Positions 11,847-23,679 of a stretch of DNA of 64,000 nucleotides are shown piece after piece. The stretch spans positions 35,774,001-35,838,000 of the forward strand of contig CM059445.1 in the NCBI GenBank assembly GCA_030390025.1. The letters run 5' to 3'. This stretch comes from Squalus acanthias (lineage: Eukaryota). The notes beneath the pieces are model-generated. The model had not been told where the DNA came from and ran no database searches. It saw nothing but the letters and a program-made list of their open reading frames with translations. The position numbers and the translations under genes are program-made. How positions within the stretch are numbered: position 1 is the stretch's first letter; each line of letters starts with the position of its first letter.

Positions 11847-13499
11847 CTATTACCTTTGAGTGAACAAGTTCCACCTGGCCTCCATCCTTAACATTTGACT
11901 TGTGTCCCCTTTGAATTTGACCACACCCCCACCCTCCTCACCATAGTGAACATTGCCCCTGGATCAATGTGGCCAAAATATCTTCATCTGTCTATACATA
12001 TTGTTTATGCATGCTTTTTCCTATCCTATTTTCTGTTGTTACAATATTGGTCGCACTTTTATGTTAATATTTAACATATTGAAACTGGGTCTGTTAACAT
12101 TTAGAATGGAAATCTTGTATGCAAACAGTTGCCTGTAACACCATTGTTACGGGAAGGTTCTGGCCAGTAGATGGCTCTATCGATCAAGGTTCTGAAGGCT
12201 CTCCCCCAACTCTGTCGCCATTTAGTAGAGCAAAAAAATTATATTCGTCAACTGACCATTGGCAATATCATGGGTAACTTACTAGTAATCTTGAAATCTT
12301 CAAATAGGTCAACTAAAAGCCCCCACTTTACGAAAGAAAACCAGAAGAACCTTTTCTTCCTAAAATAAATTTCTGGTACCTGTGATGGTTGCCCACCTCT
12401 GTACTCTGACAGTGGTCACTGGCATTTGATTTTCAGGGGGAAATGGATGGAATCACAGAAAGTGATCCTCAAAACAGCAGTAAAAACCTTGGAATCTCAT
12501 GTAAAAAAAATAGAATGTGACTTTATTCAATCACTGTAAACTAGTGTCCTGCAGATAGTCCAAGCAACAGTGACCTTTACGGCAATGTTTTTAGAACAGA
12601 AAGTGGCATTGGGGGGAGGGGGAGACTTTCTTTGCAATTATTTTTGTCTGAAATAACCTGCAAATTTTTTTGGGGTGGCGAGGAAGAGAGAAAAACAGGT
12701 ACCATCTGTAAGCTGATGTGCAATGTTTCAAAGTGGAATTCACACACTGATCTTTAATCCTCCTCACTGCTTGTAGGGTCTGATTGAGGGGATTAGTGAG
12801 GATTCCATCCTTGCTGCATTCCTCTGCCCTGCACCCATTAATACAGATTTAATTCTTCTAGTCATTTGTCTTGTGATTATCACTCCACTAACTAAAGCAG
12901 CACAGCCCTGACAGAGAAGGCCCAAAGATCAAAGGTCAGCTGCCTTAAAAAAAAGGTTGTTTAAATTAAAGTTACCAATTAATGTTTTGCACACCTTTGT
13001 TTTAAGAAGGATGGGGTCATAGGTTATGCTGACAAATTGACTATGTTTTTTGTGTGTGTGTGTATGGGTGAGTGTGTGCATAATCCCAATTCACAAGTGG
13101 CATTTAAAAACACTTGTGCTTCGCCATCAGGTGTGAGAAGCAGAGGACAGTGAGCACCGAACAGCCTTCGTGCTACGCACGTTGCGATGGACACATCAAA
13201 CGCGAGTCTCTCCCATTTTAGCAACAATATCAAAAAAACCAGCAACTGCCACTGACTGAAAATAAACAGAGCCCCGCGCGTTTGAATAGCTTTGCAATCT
13301 GTCTCACTCTATAGTAATGGTGGTCAGGCCCCGCTCTGTAGTGACTGTTACATGGACAAAGCTGTCATTGTTTTCCACTGCAGAGCTCTGTCAACCACAG
13401 TCGAACGTGGTTGCTGTTGCTGATGGTTTACCCACATGTTCTCCTTGGTGTGGTTGGCTGCTGATGAACTCCTTTGTCAAATTCTAACTGCATTTATGT

Positions 13500-13875
13500 T
13501 GGGAGGAAAGGTAAGAAATATCAGTTTGTTTCCTTTGGAAAAAAAGAGGATACCTCGGGGGGAGACCCAACTGAAGATTACATGGGCAATTGACAAGCCG
13601 TTCACTATGGTGAAGAATTCAAATACCAGAGGACAAAAGTTAAGAAGTCAGGAATATGAAGGCCAGTCAGACAAAACTTTTTCACCTAAAGACTAGTCGA
13701 GTTATGGAGTAAGTTACCAGGGAAATGGGCTGAGGAGAAAATTGGATGTCATTCTGGAGACAAAAGGGATTGAGGGACATGATGAGAAGATGGGTAGGTG
13801 GGATTGATTAATGTAAAAGGGAGGAGTTTCTTAATCTGAATGGCCGTTTCCTATTATTAAAATGGCTTATGGTCT
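13500..13875 (+). mobile_element. Old CR1-like LINE 3' end
   Basis: Degenerate version of the CR1 C-terminus (LFPLEKKR..RG, TRGQKL) and 3' UTR. Confidence 0.6.
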
Positions 13876-15967
13876 TAGAGCGGGATCTACAAAATCAGCC
13901 TGTGAGAAACTCATTCATTTATAACATTTGAACACGTTTACAATGCACCTTGTTTAATCAAGAATTGATTAAGGAGAGAGCAAGCTCAAGGCTGTGTTTG
14001 TCTAAACCTGTCACTGGAAAGTTATTGGTATGGTTTTTCTCCCCCACTTGGAATGCAGTGTTGGGGGTCTCTTAATGTTCAACAGTGGTCACCAAGTCAA
14101 TGCTGTGTTCAGCTCCTGCAATAATTGGTGAGTTTGAAAGTCTGACTTTGCTCCACTAATGACCTATATTTGTGCTGAGATCTTGTGGAACTGGATTAGT
14201 TTTGCCATATTCATTTCATGTAAGACCAATACATTCCTGAGGCATCTTCTTACACCCAAAATATAAAGATGGTTAAATGAAACGCGCTGTGGAGGTCAGA
14301 CCGTCCTTACTTTAATATGACTTTGGTCCCCTATTAGCCCTGATGCAACCTCTCTAAGCCTCTGGTATCCTTCAACCGTTAGAGCAACTTGGTTGAACCT
14401 CCTAGTAACTACAGGAAGAAGCTCAGGTGATAGTGGAAGGCCATTAGCAGCAATGTGTGTGTGTGGATAAACGTGGATGAATGCCTTACTCAAGGACATA
14501 ACAATACAAGGGAACCCTGGAAGCTCCGTTCACCTGCTGGCTGTGCTGTCTCCGCCCATGTATTCTCACTATCCAAGTGAGAGAAACCAGAAGAAGACAC
14601 AGTAGAACACAATGTTGAGGCGGAAAAAGGAGAGCTCGATCTGCTGCATGAGATCCCTGCCAAACATGGGCGAGTTGGTCAGACTGGACTTCGGACTGAA
14701 GAAGTTTGTTTTGTATGGTGGAGGAGGGGGAAGGAATTAAGCTATGTGATAGTTGCTCCACGTTCCTTGTTTCAGGTCCCTGCACAGTTCTCAGGCTGAA
14801 GAGGTGGTCAGCAGGTGGCCATCCACTGTGCCACACCACCAGTAGAGGCGTAAGAGCAGACCAGGGTACCTCAGCCTCCCCCCTGCGAGAGGTGCACCCA
14901 GGTTCCACTCTGCAAGTACCCCTGATAACATGACGAGCTAACCCACTGTTCAGTGACCTGTATATGAGCGTTGGCACTGCCAACTTCATTTTGTGTTTAA
15001 ACCAGGTGATTTTCACAGCCAAACTCAGCAGGAGGCTTCAGCATTTCAGCACTGTTATAGCCGGCTGCTGTTTGGAGAGTGTGGCAAGAAGCAGAATTGG
15101 CTCTTGAAAGGGTTAATCAGAATCCAGCCACATACCCTTTTAGGAGTTCAGTAATTACAAAGACCGGATGCAGGGACTGCCGATGACAAGTAACTTGGGT
15201 TTCAGCATTTTATGGAGTTAATGTAAAATGCACATGTATTAGGGGGACGCACTTAAGCCCAAATAACTGTATTTATTTGCTCGAGGTAATTACAAAGCCT
15301 GCTGCTGTTTCCTGCTCTCTGCCCTCCTTCCCTTAGCTGCTGTGTGAAAGCCACAGGAAGAGGCAGTCAGGCTTATGTCCCTGATGCTTCACCCACCGGT
15401 GTTAGAAACCTTGAATGTCAGATGAGACCCAGCTGAAACTGTACCTTTCGGTTTCCTGATATAGAATGTTCCAAAACAGGGTTGTGATTCATTGCTTACA
15501 TGACGATGTCATCGCAGGAGCAGAATCCCCAGTGACGTGTTATTTTTAGCCATTCAGTCTTATTGTTATATACCGGGACTCGTAATAGCTGCAATTACAT
15601 GAAGGGGTTGACAATGCCTCGCCTGCAGACAACTATTCGAACTCCTTCTTTCTCAGGGCCTCTAAACTGTGCAACTTCTTCTTTCTCTCAGTCTACCCTT
15701 CCTGCCACATTCAGCTAATTGAAGCTTTCAGTCCCAAAAGCATTGTTGTTTGATTCCTCTCATTGCATCTCCTATTCTTCCCAGCCTTGTTCCTGTCCTG
15801 CACTAGAGGCCTTAGGCTTTATTTGTTCAATAAAAGATTAGAGGGCCTCTTTCCAGTTATTGAATTGATTTTAACTAAACTGTCTATTTTACGTGCGTTG
15901 CCGAGGTTCCCAGCTAATATGCTAATAATTGCACCTGTACCTAAATCCAAAATAACACAAAATCCTA

Positions 15968-16644
15968 GGGGGCTAAATTCAGTTGATTTGCGCCTCCCGT
16001 TAGCGCCCTCAAATCAACTAGCGCCTGGGCGCGGTGCCACTAATGCCTCCTGCGAAATTCAGCGGGAGGTTAGCGGCGGCGCTAACCGTTAGCGCTGCGC
16101 GGTGCTGCGCCGCCGGCGATGATGTCATCGCCGTGCTTGCGCCCTGCTTGCGCCCTGGCTGTAACATTGGGTGGCGCCCCCCGACTTGGTCAGGGGGGGC
16201 CTACCTGCGGCCGGGGCAGCGCTAATTAAAGGGGAGGTGGCGGGCGGCCATTTTTATTGCTGTCTGCCTGCCAGCACCTGCCCCCGTTGCTGTCCCCGGC
16301 CCCCATGAAGCCCCCCCGTGGGGTGCCGGCTGCTCTCCGTGAGCCCAGCACTCCTCTTGAGTGCCGGGCTCGTTTGCCGGCACTCCCGATCCCTGGTGGC
16401 CCAGCTGGGCGCCGGGATGCGCTGCGCCAGGCCCCTCCCCTTTAATAATGGAAGGCCTGCAGTACTGCGGCACATAGCGCCGCGATATTGGCTCGCAGCG
16501 CCCCAAGAGGGACGCGGGGCGCTTCCAGTAGCGCCCCTCCTCCCTCTCGCGGCGCTACCTGGTAAAATCGGCCGCGGGGGTGCTAACTTTTTAAGGGCAC
16601 TAAAATAGCGCTCCGGCGATTGGCGCTACCCAATTTTTACCCCC
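15968..16644. mobile_element. Harbinger-type MITE
   Basis: Termini GGGGGCTAAATTCAG and CCCAATTTTTACCCCC. The first ~40 bp nearly match the Harbinger end at 2210. CpG-rich with many TAGCGCC/GGCGCTA motifs. No clear TSD. Confidence 0.8.
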
Positions 16645-16960
16645 GAGAGCTCCAGTCCTAAACCCTATGCAGTCAGGCCACACCATATGATTCTATAGGC
16701 AATGTATGCCCAATACTTAAATAATTGCATTCAACAGCTCCATTAAACATTCTTATTAAGTTGAATCATTGTCAGTTGGTTGTGAAATCATATGGTTTAA
16801 ACACAAAATGAAGATGGTACAGCCAATATTGATACAGGCCAATGAATGGTAGAATGGCACAGTCATAGCATCAAGGATGGGCACTGAATTGAAATCAAGT
16901 GTTTCCTCACAGAGAAGGAGAGGAACATGAAGAGTGACGTACTTTGGTCTGCCCTTGTTA

Positions 16961-17560
16961 GGAACATAAGAACAGGAGAAGACCGTTCAGCCCCTCGAGC
17001 CTGTTCCGCCATTCAATGAGATCATGGCTGATCTGCATCTTATCTCCATTTATCCGTCTTGGTTCCATATCCATTAATACTCTTGGCTAGCAAAAATCTA
17101 TCGATCTCAGATTTAAACATATTAACTGAGCTAGCATCTACTGCTTTTTGTGGGAGAGAGTTCCACACTTCCAATACCCTTTGTGTGAAGAAGTCACAGA
17201 ATCACAGAATCCCCACAGTGCAGATAGAGGCCATTTCGGCCCATCGAGCCTGCACCGACACATATCCCACCCTATCCCCGTAACCCCACGTATTTAATCC
17301 CCCTAACACTAAGGGTCAATTTATCATAGCCAAATCAACCTAACCTAGCTTCTCTCCTGAATGGCCTGGCTCTGATTTCCAGGTTATGTCCCCTTGTCCT
17401 AGACTCCCCCACCAGTGGAAAAAGTTTCTCTCCATCTACCCGATCAATTCCTAAAAATCCTAAAAAGCCTCAATCAAATGATCCCTTAACTTTCTATACT
17501 CCAGGGAATACAAGCCTAGTTTATAGAATCTCTCTTCATAATTTATCCCTTGGAGCCCTG
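16961..17560 (-). mobile_element. CR1-like LINE 3' end containing a truncated HE1-type SINE (17194-17346)
   Basis: GINYEERFYKLGLYSLEYRKLR on the minus strand; the SINE tail matches 7548-7665. Confidence 0.8.
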
Positions 17561-17672
17561 TTTTTATATAACACTTGTAAACATCATAGAGATTATTCTT
17601 TGTGGTAAGTAAGGACTTCAAAGGAAACAAGGTATAAAATGACCAGCACCATAGTCTGATATCTAACACATG

Positions 17673-17881
17673 ATGCGGAGATGCCGGTGTTGGACTGGGG
17701 TGGACAAAATTGAGAGGTCGCACAACACCAGGTTATAGTCCAACAGTTTTATTTGAAATCACAAGCTTTCGGAGCTATCGATCGCCCCTTCCTCAGGTAG
17801 GAAGGGGCGATCGATAGCTCCGAAAGCTTGTGATTTCAAATAAAACTGTTGGACTATAACCTGGTGTTGTGCGACCTCTCA
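17673..17881. mobile_element. Hairpin insertion of hammerhead-bearing family B (PLE-type)
   Basis: 85-bp inverted arms (17709-17793 / 17799-17883) with a CAGGT spacer. TSD ATCTAACACATG at 17661-17672 and 17882-17893. Confidence 0.88.
17760..17799 (-). ncRNA. Minimal hammerhead ribozyme (family B)
   Basis: Minus strand reads UAC-CUGAGGA-A-GGGGC-GAUCGAUA-GCUCC-GAAA-GCUU-GUG, with palindromic AGCU helix III. Confidence 0.7.
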
Positions 17882-19469
17882 ATCTAACACATGGCCATCA
17901 ATCACAATCCTTAACTCTGAGGTTTGTGTTCCACCATCGCTTGATGATTCTGTGCACACAGAAACATCTATGGTGGGCCAACCAATCTCATCATCTTGTT
18001 TAGCATCTCATTCTCACATGCATTGTCTAGCATTGTTTAATTTTCCAAAACCCATTATTGAGCTGAAGGACAGATCCTGGGTGAGTAATCTCACCATGAA
18101 ATGAGACTGAGGAGCTAATCGAGGCAAAATAAAGCCCAGCGGGTGTGAAAATGTTTGGGATTATTCAGCTTCTGGGTTGGTAAAATGGGCACCACCAACA
18201 TGGCAAATACTAGGGCACAACGCTGTGAAAACGTGTTAACCACACTCCTGGTTTAAGGGCAGAGAAATGGATCTGAGCACCAGACCTTGGTGGCAGGGCT
18301 TCTGATGATTCCACCATACTTCGTCCTAGCCTCCTTGTAGGAAGGTAGTAGGTATCATCGATCCAGTGTCAGCCAGAAGGACATGAAGGGCTTGGGCACT
18401 GATCTCCCTGCAACCTCCATTGATAACACTGGCAGAAAGCAGGCTTCCACTGTGTCGAGGTCAGTGCTGGCAGCGTTTCAGAAGCCTGCAGTGTAGAATG
18501 GCTCTTGCTGAACTTTTGACTAAATTAATTATTCACTCGCCGACTTGAACTTCAACAAGAAGAAATAAATCCTAAAAATGAATAAAGCCGGACTTTGAAT
18601 TAAACGAGGGGCTGGTCAGAAGGGCCGGGATAAGGCGCACCGGCTATCAGAGAACAAAACCATGAAGGATCATGGAACAAGGAGAGGAATACATGGAAAA
18701 ACTGGGGATCGAGGGAGAAATGCAGAAGGATTTAAGACAGACAGGGCTACTCTTTTACAGTGACGGAATAGGTCCGGTTTCCTTTATATTACAAGGGACT
18801 GCAGAATTGTTTGCTATTTTATGGGTATTGTGATTTATAATTCGTTTCTGGTGGCTGAGGAAGTCAAATTCTGTGTTTTTTTTAACATGGGATTTTTCTG
18901 GATTTTTAACTGGGGATCACGTTACACCATTCCATTCATTTTTTCATGAAAACCACAAGTCAGTGGCCTTGGGAGGAACAGACTAGTGTCTATATGCTAG
19001 CTCATGTTTGTGAGTCAGCCTCATCAAAGCTAGAATGTAAGTGGGATTTTCCAGCCTTGCTTGAGATACTCCCTCTGCTGGATATATATAAAATTACAAA
19101 ATATATTCTTAAACACTAGGCCGCCATTGGGATTTGCCACCAGTCCTCCACAAATTCCCTACATTACAGTGATGACACTTCAAAGTACATTTCAAACTTG
19201 AGGTTCGATAAAGGCGCTATATAAATGCAAGTTCTTTCTTTCCAAACACTTTGCACCATTTATTGAAACTTTAAAAAAAACTCCTGCTGGTTTCTCTTTT
19301 TAAAGCGTTCTCAAGATTGGGAGGGTAAAGACGTCCTGATGTCAACATGATGTCAACACGCAGCCTTCAACTCCTGTCATCGCCGTGTAAAAGTTCCCCC
19401 AGAACCCAAAATAAAAGTTCATGCAAAATAAAAATGAAGAAATTCCAACTAATTCCTCTCACTTGGTGA

Positions 19470-19845
19470 GGGCTTCTGCCCACTACGGTACTGAGTCACA
19501 CAGACGAGACATTGTCCTGATCTGCACCGTTCGCTGGACTCAATCGAGGCAGCAGTGAGAGACGACCATTGTTCTCAGTGCCCCCTGGGTTTAAGGAGGG
19601 GAAATATCAGCCAGGATTACTGAGCCCGATCCTACAAGGAAACCCCAGAAAATGTATGGATATCAGGTGCGGAGAGCGTCAGGATCAGGCTCAGCGGTGA
19701 CGCCCCCCCCACCCACCCCCCAACAACTGAATGACCTGACGACGCTCACGGTCTAGGTACACGCATGAAGAATAGCCACCCAGGCACCCAAAGAGCCACA
19801 GCCCAGCAAAACACAGCACCCCCGGGAGAGAAGGGGAGCAAATGG
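19470..19845 (+). mobile_element. LF-SINE-like element
   Basis: CTCAGTGCCCCCTGGG..GGAGGGGAAATATCAGCCAGG..CAGGATCAGGCTCAGC..GTCTAGG..ATGAAGAATAGCCAC matches my recollection of the LF-SINE consensus. Confidence 0.65.
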
Positions 19846-21140
19846 GGCAAAAAAAAATAGTTCCCGTCAAAAGAATATGTAAGATTCAATTAAACAAAAG
19901 ATGTCACAATTCTGGGCGTGTTCTAAGTAGGGTGGTTGAATGCAAGAGTCGATTTTCTGAGGCCGCACTGTCAGTGGGAAGCCTCGCCCACCAGCTCTGC
20001 CCCCATCGGAAAATCGCGGCGCGCTGACTGCAAGGCTGTGGGCAGCGCACTCGTCATTTCCGACAGCACCGCGACGATACCACGTACTGCCGTTACACCT
20101 GCGATTAGATTTTGACAGCGGGAAGCTATGTCGCACGCACTTCTGGGTTCCAAGGGGTTAACCGAGGCTTGTCTGTGGGCCGTGCACGGTCTGTGATTGG
20201 CCCTGTCTTTTCTCACTGCTTTGTCAGTCCTCCATTGGGCTGCAGCATCTAAGAGCACAAGCGGATGTTAACTCAGGGAAACGGCATTTTTGCAGCGGGC
20301 ATTTTAATGATTTAACAGGAACAGATTGTATAACATGTGGAAACAGAGACGGACGGATACTGCGTCTTTAGTGCTCCGTTTTAATGGTTAGAAATCCCCA
20401 GCGCAAAGAAAACAGTGCAACCGAAGGAACTTTCAGTTAAAAACACCTCACTACGGCGTCACCTGAAACCTCCATTAATACTGCAGCTGGAAAACTGCAC
20501 TTGATAAATGAGCTGATCTGCTGTGAAAGAGCGACTGTAAAGACAGGGGGGAGGTAGAAGTGTGAATAACACCACGTGAGTAGACTCACCCCAGGGACTG
20601 GGTCTGAATTCAGCCCACACTGGCGGGATGGAAGGCTCCTCTTAGCACAGACTGGGGATCAAACGTGGGATCTTCTGGTCTGACGGGTTCAGTGTTACAC
20701 CGGGCGGAGCCGTCACCTACGGGGCCTCTGGAGAAACCCTAATGCACTAATGTGGAGAGCCCCTCAAGGCTTCGGCGGCACTTCAAGACCTGTCGAACCT
20801 GCGGCAGCTGTCACCGCACTGTGAGGGTTCCCAGTTGTCTGGATGTCAGTGTGGCGACCGCTCGCCATACTCAATGCAGAGGTGGTCCACACTGCGCCTA
20901 GGTGCCCGAGATTGATGCAGGGAGCACAAAGTCATATTGTAACCCAACATCTGGCAGCCACAGGTGCTGAATCCCACTCTTGTAAGGGAATTCTTCACCA
21001 GGAGGTGATCTCCATGATGTTCAGCCCATGGGGGTGGATGCTCGTCAATTCATTCGGTGCTGTGGCTGGGACTTGCTCTGTACTCGGTTCCTGCTCAGTG
21101 CGCGCGCAAAATGTACCCACAATGCCAAATGTATAATACC

Positions 21141-21396
21141 TGTATAATAATGTATAATAATGTCTCTTAATGTCTCTTAATCTCTCCTTTTGTTCTTTCA
21201 TCCCCTCCCCCTTTTCCCAGCTTTATCCTTGCCTTAAATCTATTTGATTTCCTGCTGTTTCCAGTTCTGATGAAAGGTCTCGACCTGAAACGTTAACTCT
21301 TGTTTCTCTCTCCACGGATGCTGCCTGGCCTGCTGAGTTTTTCCAGCGTTTTCTGTTGTTATTTCGGATTTCCAGCATCTGCAGTATTTTGCTATC
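21141..21396 (+). mobile_element. Solo PLE pLTR (family A) with tail and TSD
   Basis: TSD GTATAATACC at 21131-21140 and 21397-21406; ends TTTTGCTATC. Confidence 0.88.
21263..21298 (+). ncRNA. Minimal hammerhead ribozyme (family A)
   Basis: AGUU-CUGAUGA-A-AGGUC-UC-GACCU-GAAA-CGUU-AACU. Confidence 0.75.
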
Positions 21397-21439
21397 GTAT
21401 AATACCCTTGCTACTGATCCCATTGCCCCCACCCCCCTC

Positions 21440-22090
21440 CCTCCTTGGGAACCCTCTTACGCTAAAACCATCACAACCACAGCATAATCTTTGACCCTGA
21501 GTTGAGCGTAATGCACCATATCCTCTCCATCACCAAGTCCACTTGCTTCAACCTCCATAACGCTGCCAGCCTCCTGCCACTGAAACCCTTCTCCGTTCTC
21601 TTGTCCCTTCCAGACTCGATCACTCCAGTGCCACCTGCACCCTGTCCCAAACTAAGCCTGGTTGCCCGTCACCCCCCGCCCCCGGCCTCGATGTCTGCAT
21701 CCAATTTAAAACGGTTGCCCTGATATTCAAATCTCTTCACGAGCTTGCAACTCTCGACCTCCGCAAGCTGTACCTTGCCTCCCACACCTTTTGACCGTCA
21801 GACGAGAGCCTCCTGTGCGGACCCCCTCCCCTTTGCCCGACCATTGGTGGCAGGGGTTTCAGTTGTCGCAGCCTAACTAAGCAGAACCCCTCCCTAAATC
21901 CCGCGGCATCTTTACTTCCCCGTCCTCCTCTAAAAACCTCCTCTAAACCCACCTTTTTCAACCTAGCTGTCACCTCTGCTGAACCTCTCTCCCGTGGCTT
22001 TGGTGTTTGTTGCCATTATTTCCTCTTTGTGAAGCACCTTGTGATGTCTTGCAAGTTGGAGTTGGAGATATATAAATGCAAATTGTTGCT
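21440..22090 (+). mobile_element. L2-like LINE 3' fragment (old)
   Basis: HILSITKSTCFNLHN-like RT C-terminus and tail ATATAAATGCAAATTGTTG. Confidence 0.65.
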
Positions 22091-22249
22091 GCTGGTGCTA
22101 CCTGTGGTGGGGATAGTACGGTCAGCAAATGGATCGAGCATCGATACTGCAACTACAATTAGCAAGTGGGTCACAGCACCCACAGCGTGGGATTCCCCAC
22201 CCCCAGAATAAACTGGCGGGACGACATTGGGTGGCGGTTGCCATGGTTA

Positions 22250-22578
22250 TATATAATCCAGCCCTGTAATCTCCCTAGACCTACTCTGGACTTTTGAACA
22301 TTGCCGATTTTAATCGCTCCACCACTGGCGGTTGTGCCTTCGGCTGCCTGGTTCCTAAGCTCTGGAATTCAACTCCCTAAATCTCTCAGCCTCTCTTTCC
22401 TCCTTTAAGATGCTCCTTAAAACCGTCCTCTTCGACCAAGCTTATGGTCATCTGCCTTAACATCTCCTTATATGGCTCGGTGTTAAAAAACATTTTTTTG
22501 ATAACACTCCTGTGAAGCGCCTTGGGACGTTTTATTACATTAAAGGCGCTATATAAATATAAGTTGTTGTTGTTGTTA
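22250..22578 (+). mobile_element. L2-like LINE 3' end
   Basis: CCTAAGCTCTGGAATTC..GAAGCGCCTTGGGACG..GGCGCTATATAAAT followed by (GTT)n. Confidence 0.8.
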
Positions 22579-22892
22579 TGAATCACAGAACCACTTGGGA
22601 CCCTCCCCCCTCCCGCCCCCCACCCCCGCTGATGTGCTTATACTGCCATCTAGTGGCTGAAGAGTAACAAAACGTATCGTTGATCTGGGAAGTGTAAGGG
22701 GATCGTGAGAGCTGGGAGACCAGAAGCATGTGGAATAACAAATCCTCGTTGCTGTTCAGAATGTTTCTGTCTCTGTCTTTACCAATATCACCAAGATAGT
22801 CCAGGAGCTGATCTCTGCCAGAGCAACAATGACAGTTGTTCTTGGCACATCGGGGTGAAAGCCTCATTTTGCCTTCTGTCCTGAGCGAGAAT

Positions 22893-23575
22893 GGGGGAGA
22901 AATTGGGTACCTTTGCCGACCGGGCGCGGTGAGAAGATCGACTCCCGCGATATTTGGCGGGAGGTTTGGGGCGGCGGTATGGCGTTGCGCCCCGATCTCC
23001 TTCGCCCGGAGATCGTGACGTCATCGCCGTGCGCATCGCCCCGGTAGCGCCCCGGACCCGAACTTCGGTTGCGCCCCCTGCAGCATCGCCGGGCGAAAAC
23101 ACCGGCAGCTGCAGGAGGCGTTGATCGGGAGGCCGGGCACTTCGGGGGGCGATACTTAAAGGCGAGGTGGCCGAGCTAAGTGAAACAAAATCTCAAATGC
23201 TGCTTCTGTTTTTTTTTCAGTTTTCTTCTCCAGCGCTCGATCAGCCCGGCACTCTGCTGCACTGCATCGGGCTGATCGGGCCGGATCGCAGCTGCCGTCG
23301 GGGACCAGGTAAGTTTTCCTTTTGCAGAGCTGGCAGCGATGGCCCTTCCCTTTAAGGGAGGGAAGGAACCCTCCAACACGGCAGTGCTGCTCACCTACCG
23401 CCCCGCCTGCTGCCTGTTGCGCTCCAGGAAGGAAGTGGAGCTTGATTTAGTGCTTCATTTCCTTCCTGGAACACAAACCCTGAATTTTTTTAAAAGTTGA
23501 AAGACATTAGGGCGCTAAGTTTTTCAACTTTTAAAAGTCAACGCCCCAAACGGGGCTATAATGAATTTTGCCCCC
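22893..23575. mobile_element. Harbinger-type MITE
   Basis: TIRs GGGGGAGAAATT / AATTTTGCCCCC with a 3-bp TSD AAT on both sides; CpG-rich. Confidence 0.85.
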
Positions 23576-23679
23576 AATAACTTTGCCCAGCACCCCACTG
23601 CTGTAGTGAGGGAAACAAATCATTGCCCACATAATAAAGCAGCCTGGACCTCGAATTGCCCCTCCGAATGTGAGAGGGG

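Noticed and set aside
14486-15022. 178-aa minus-strand ORF
   Set aside because: No motif or splice support; probably a chance ORF.
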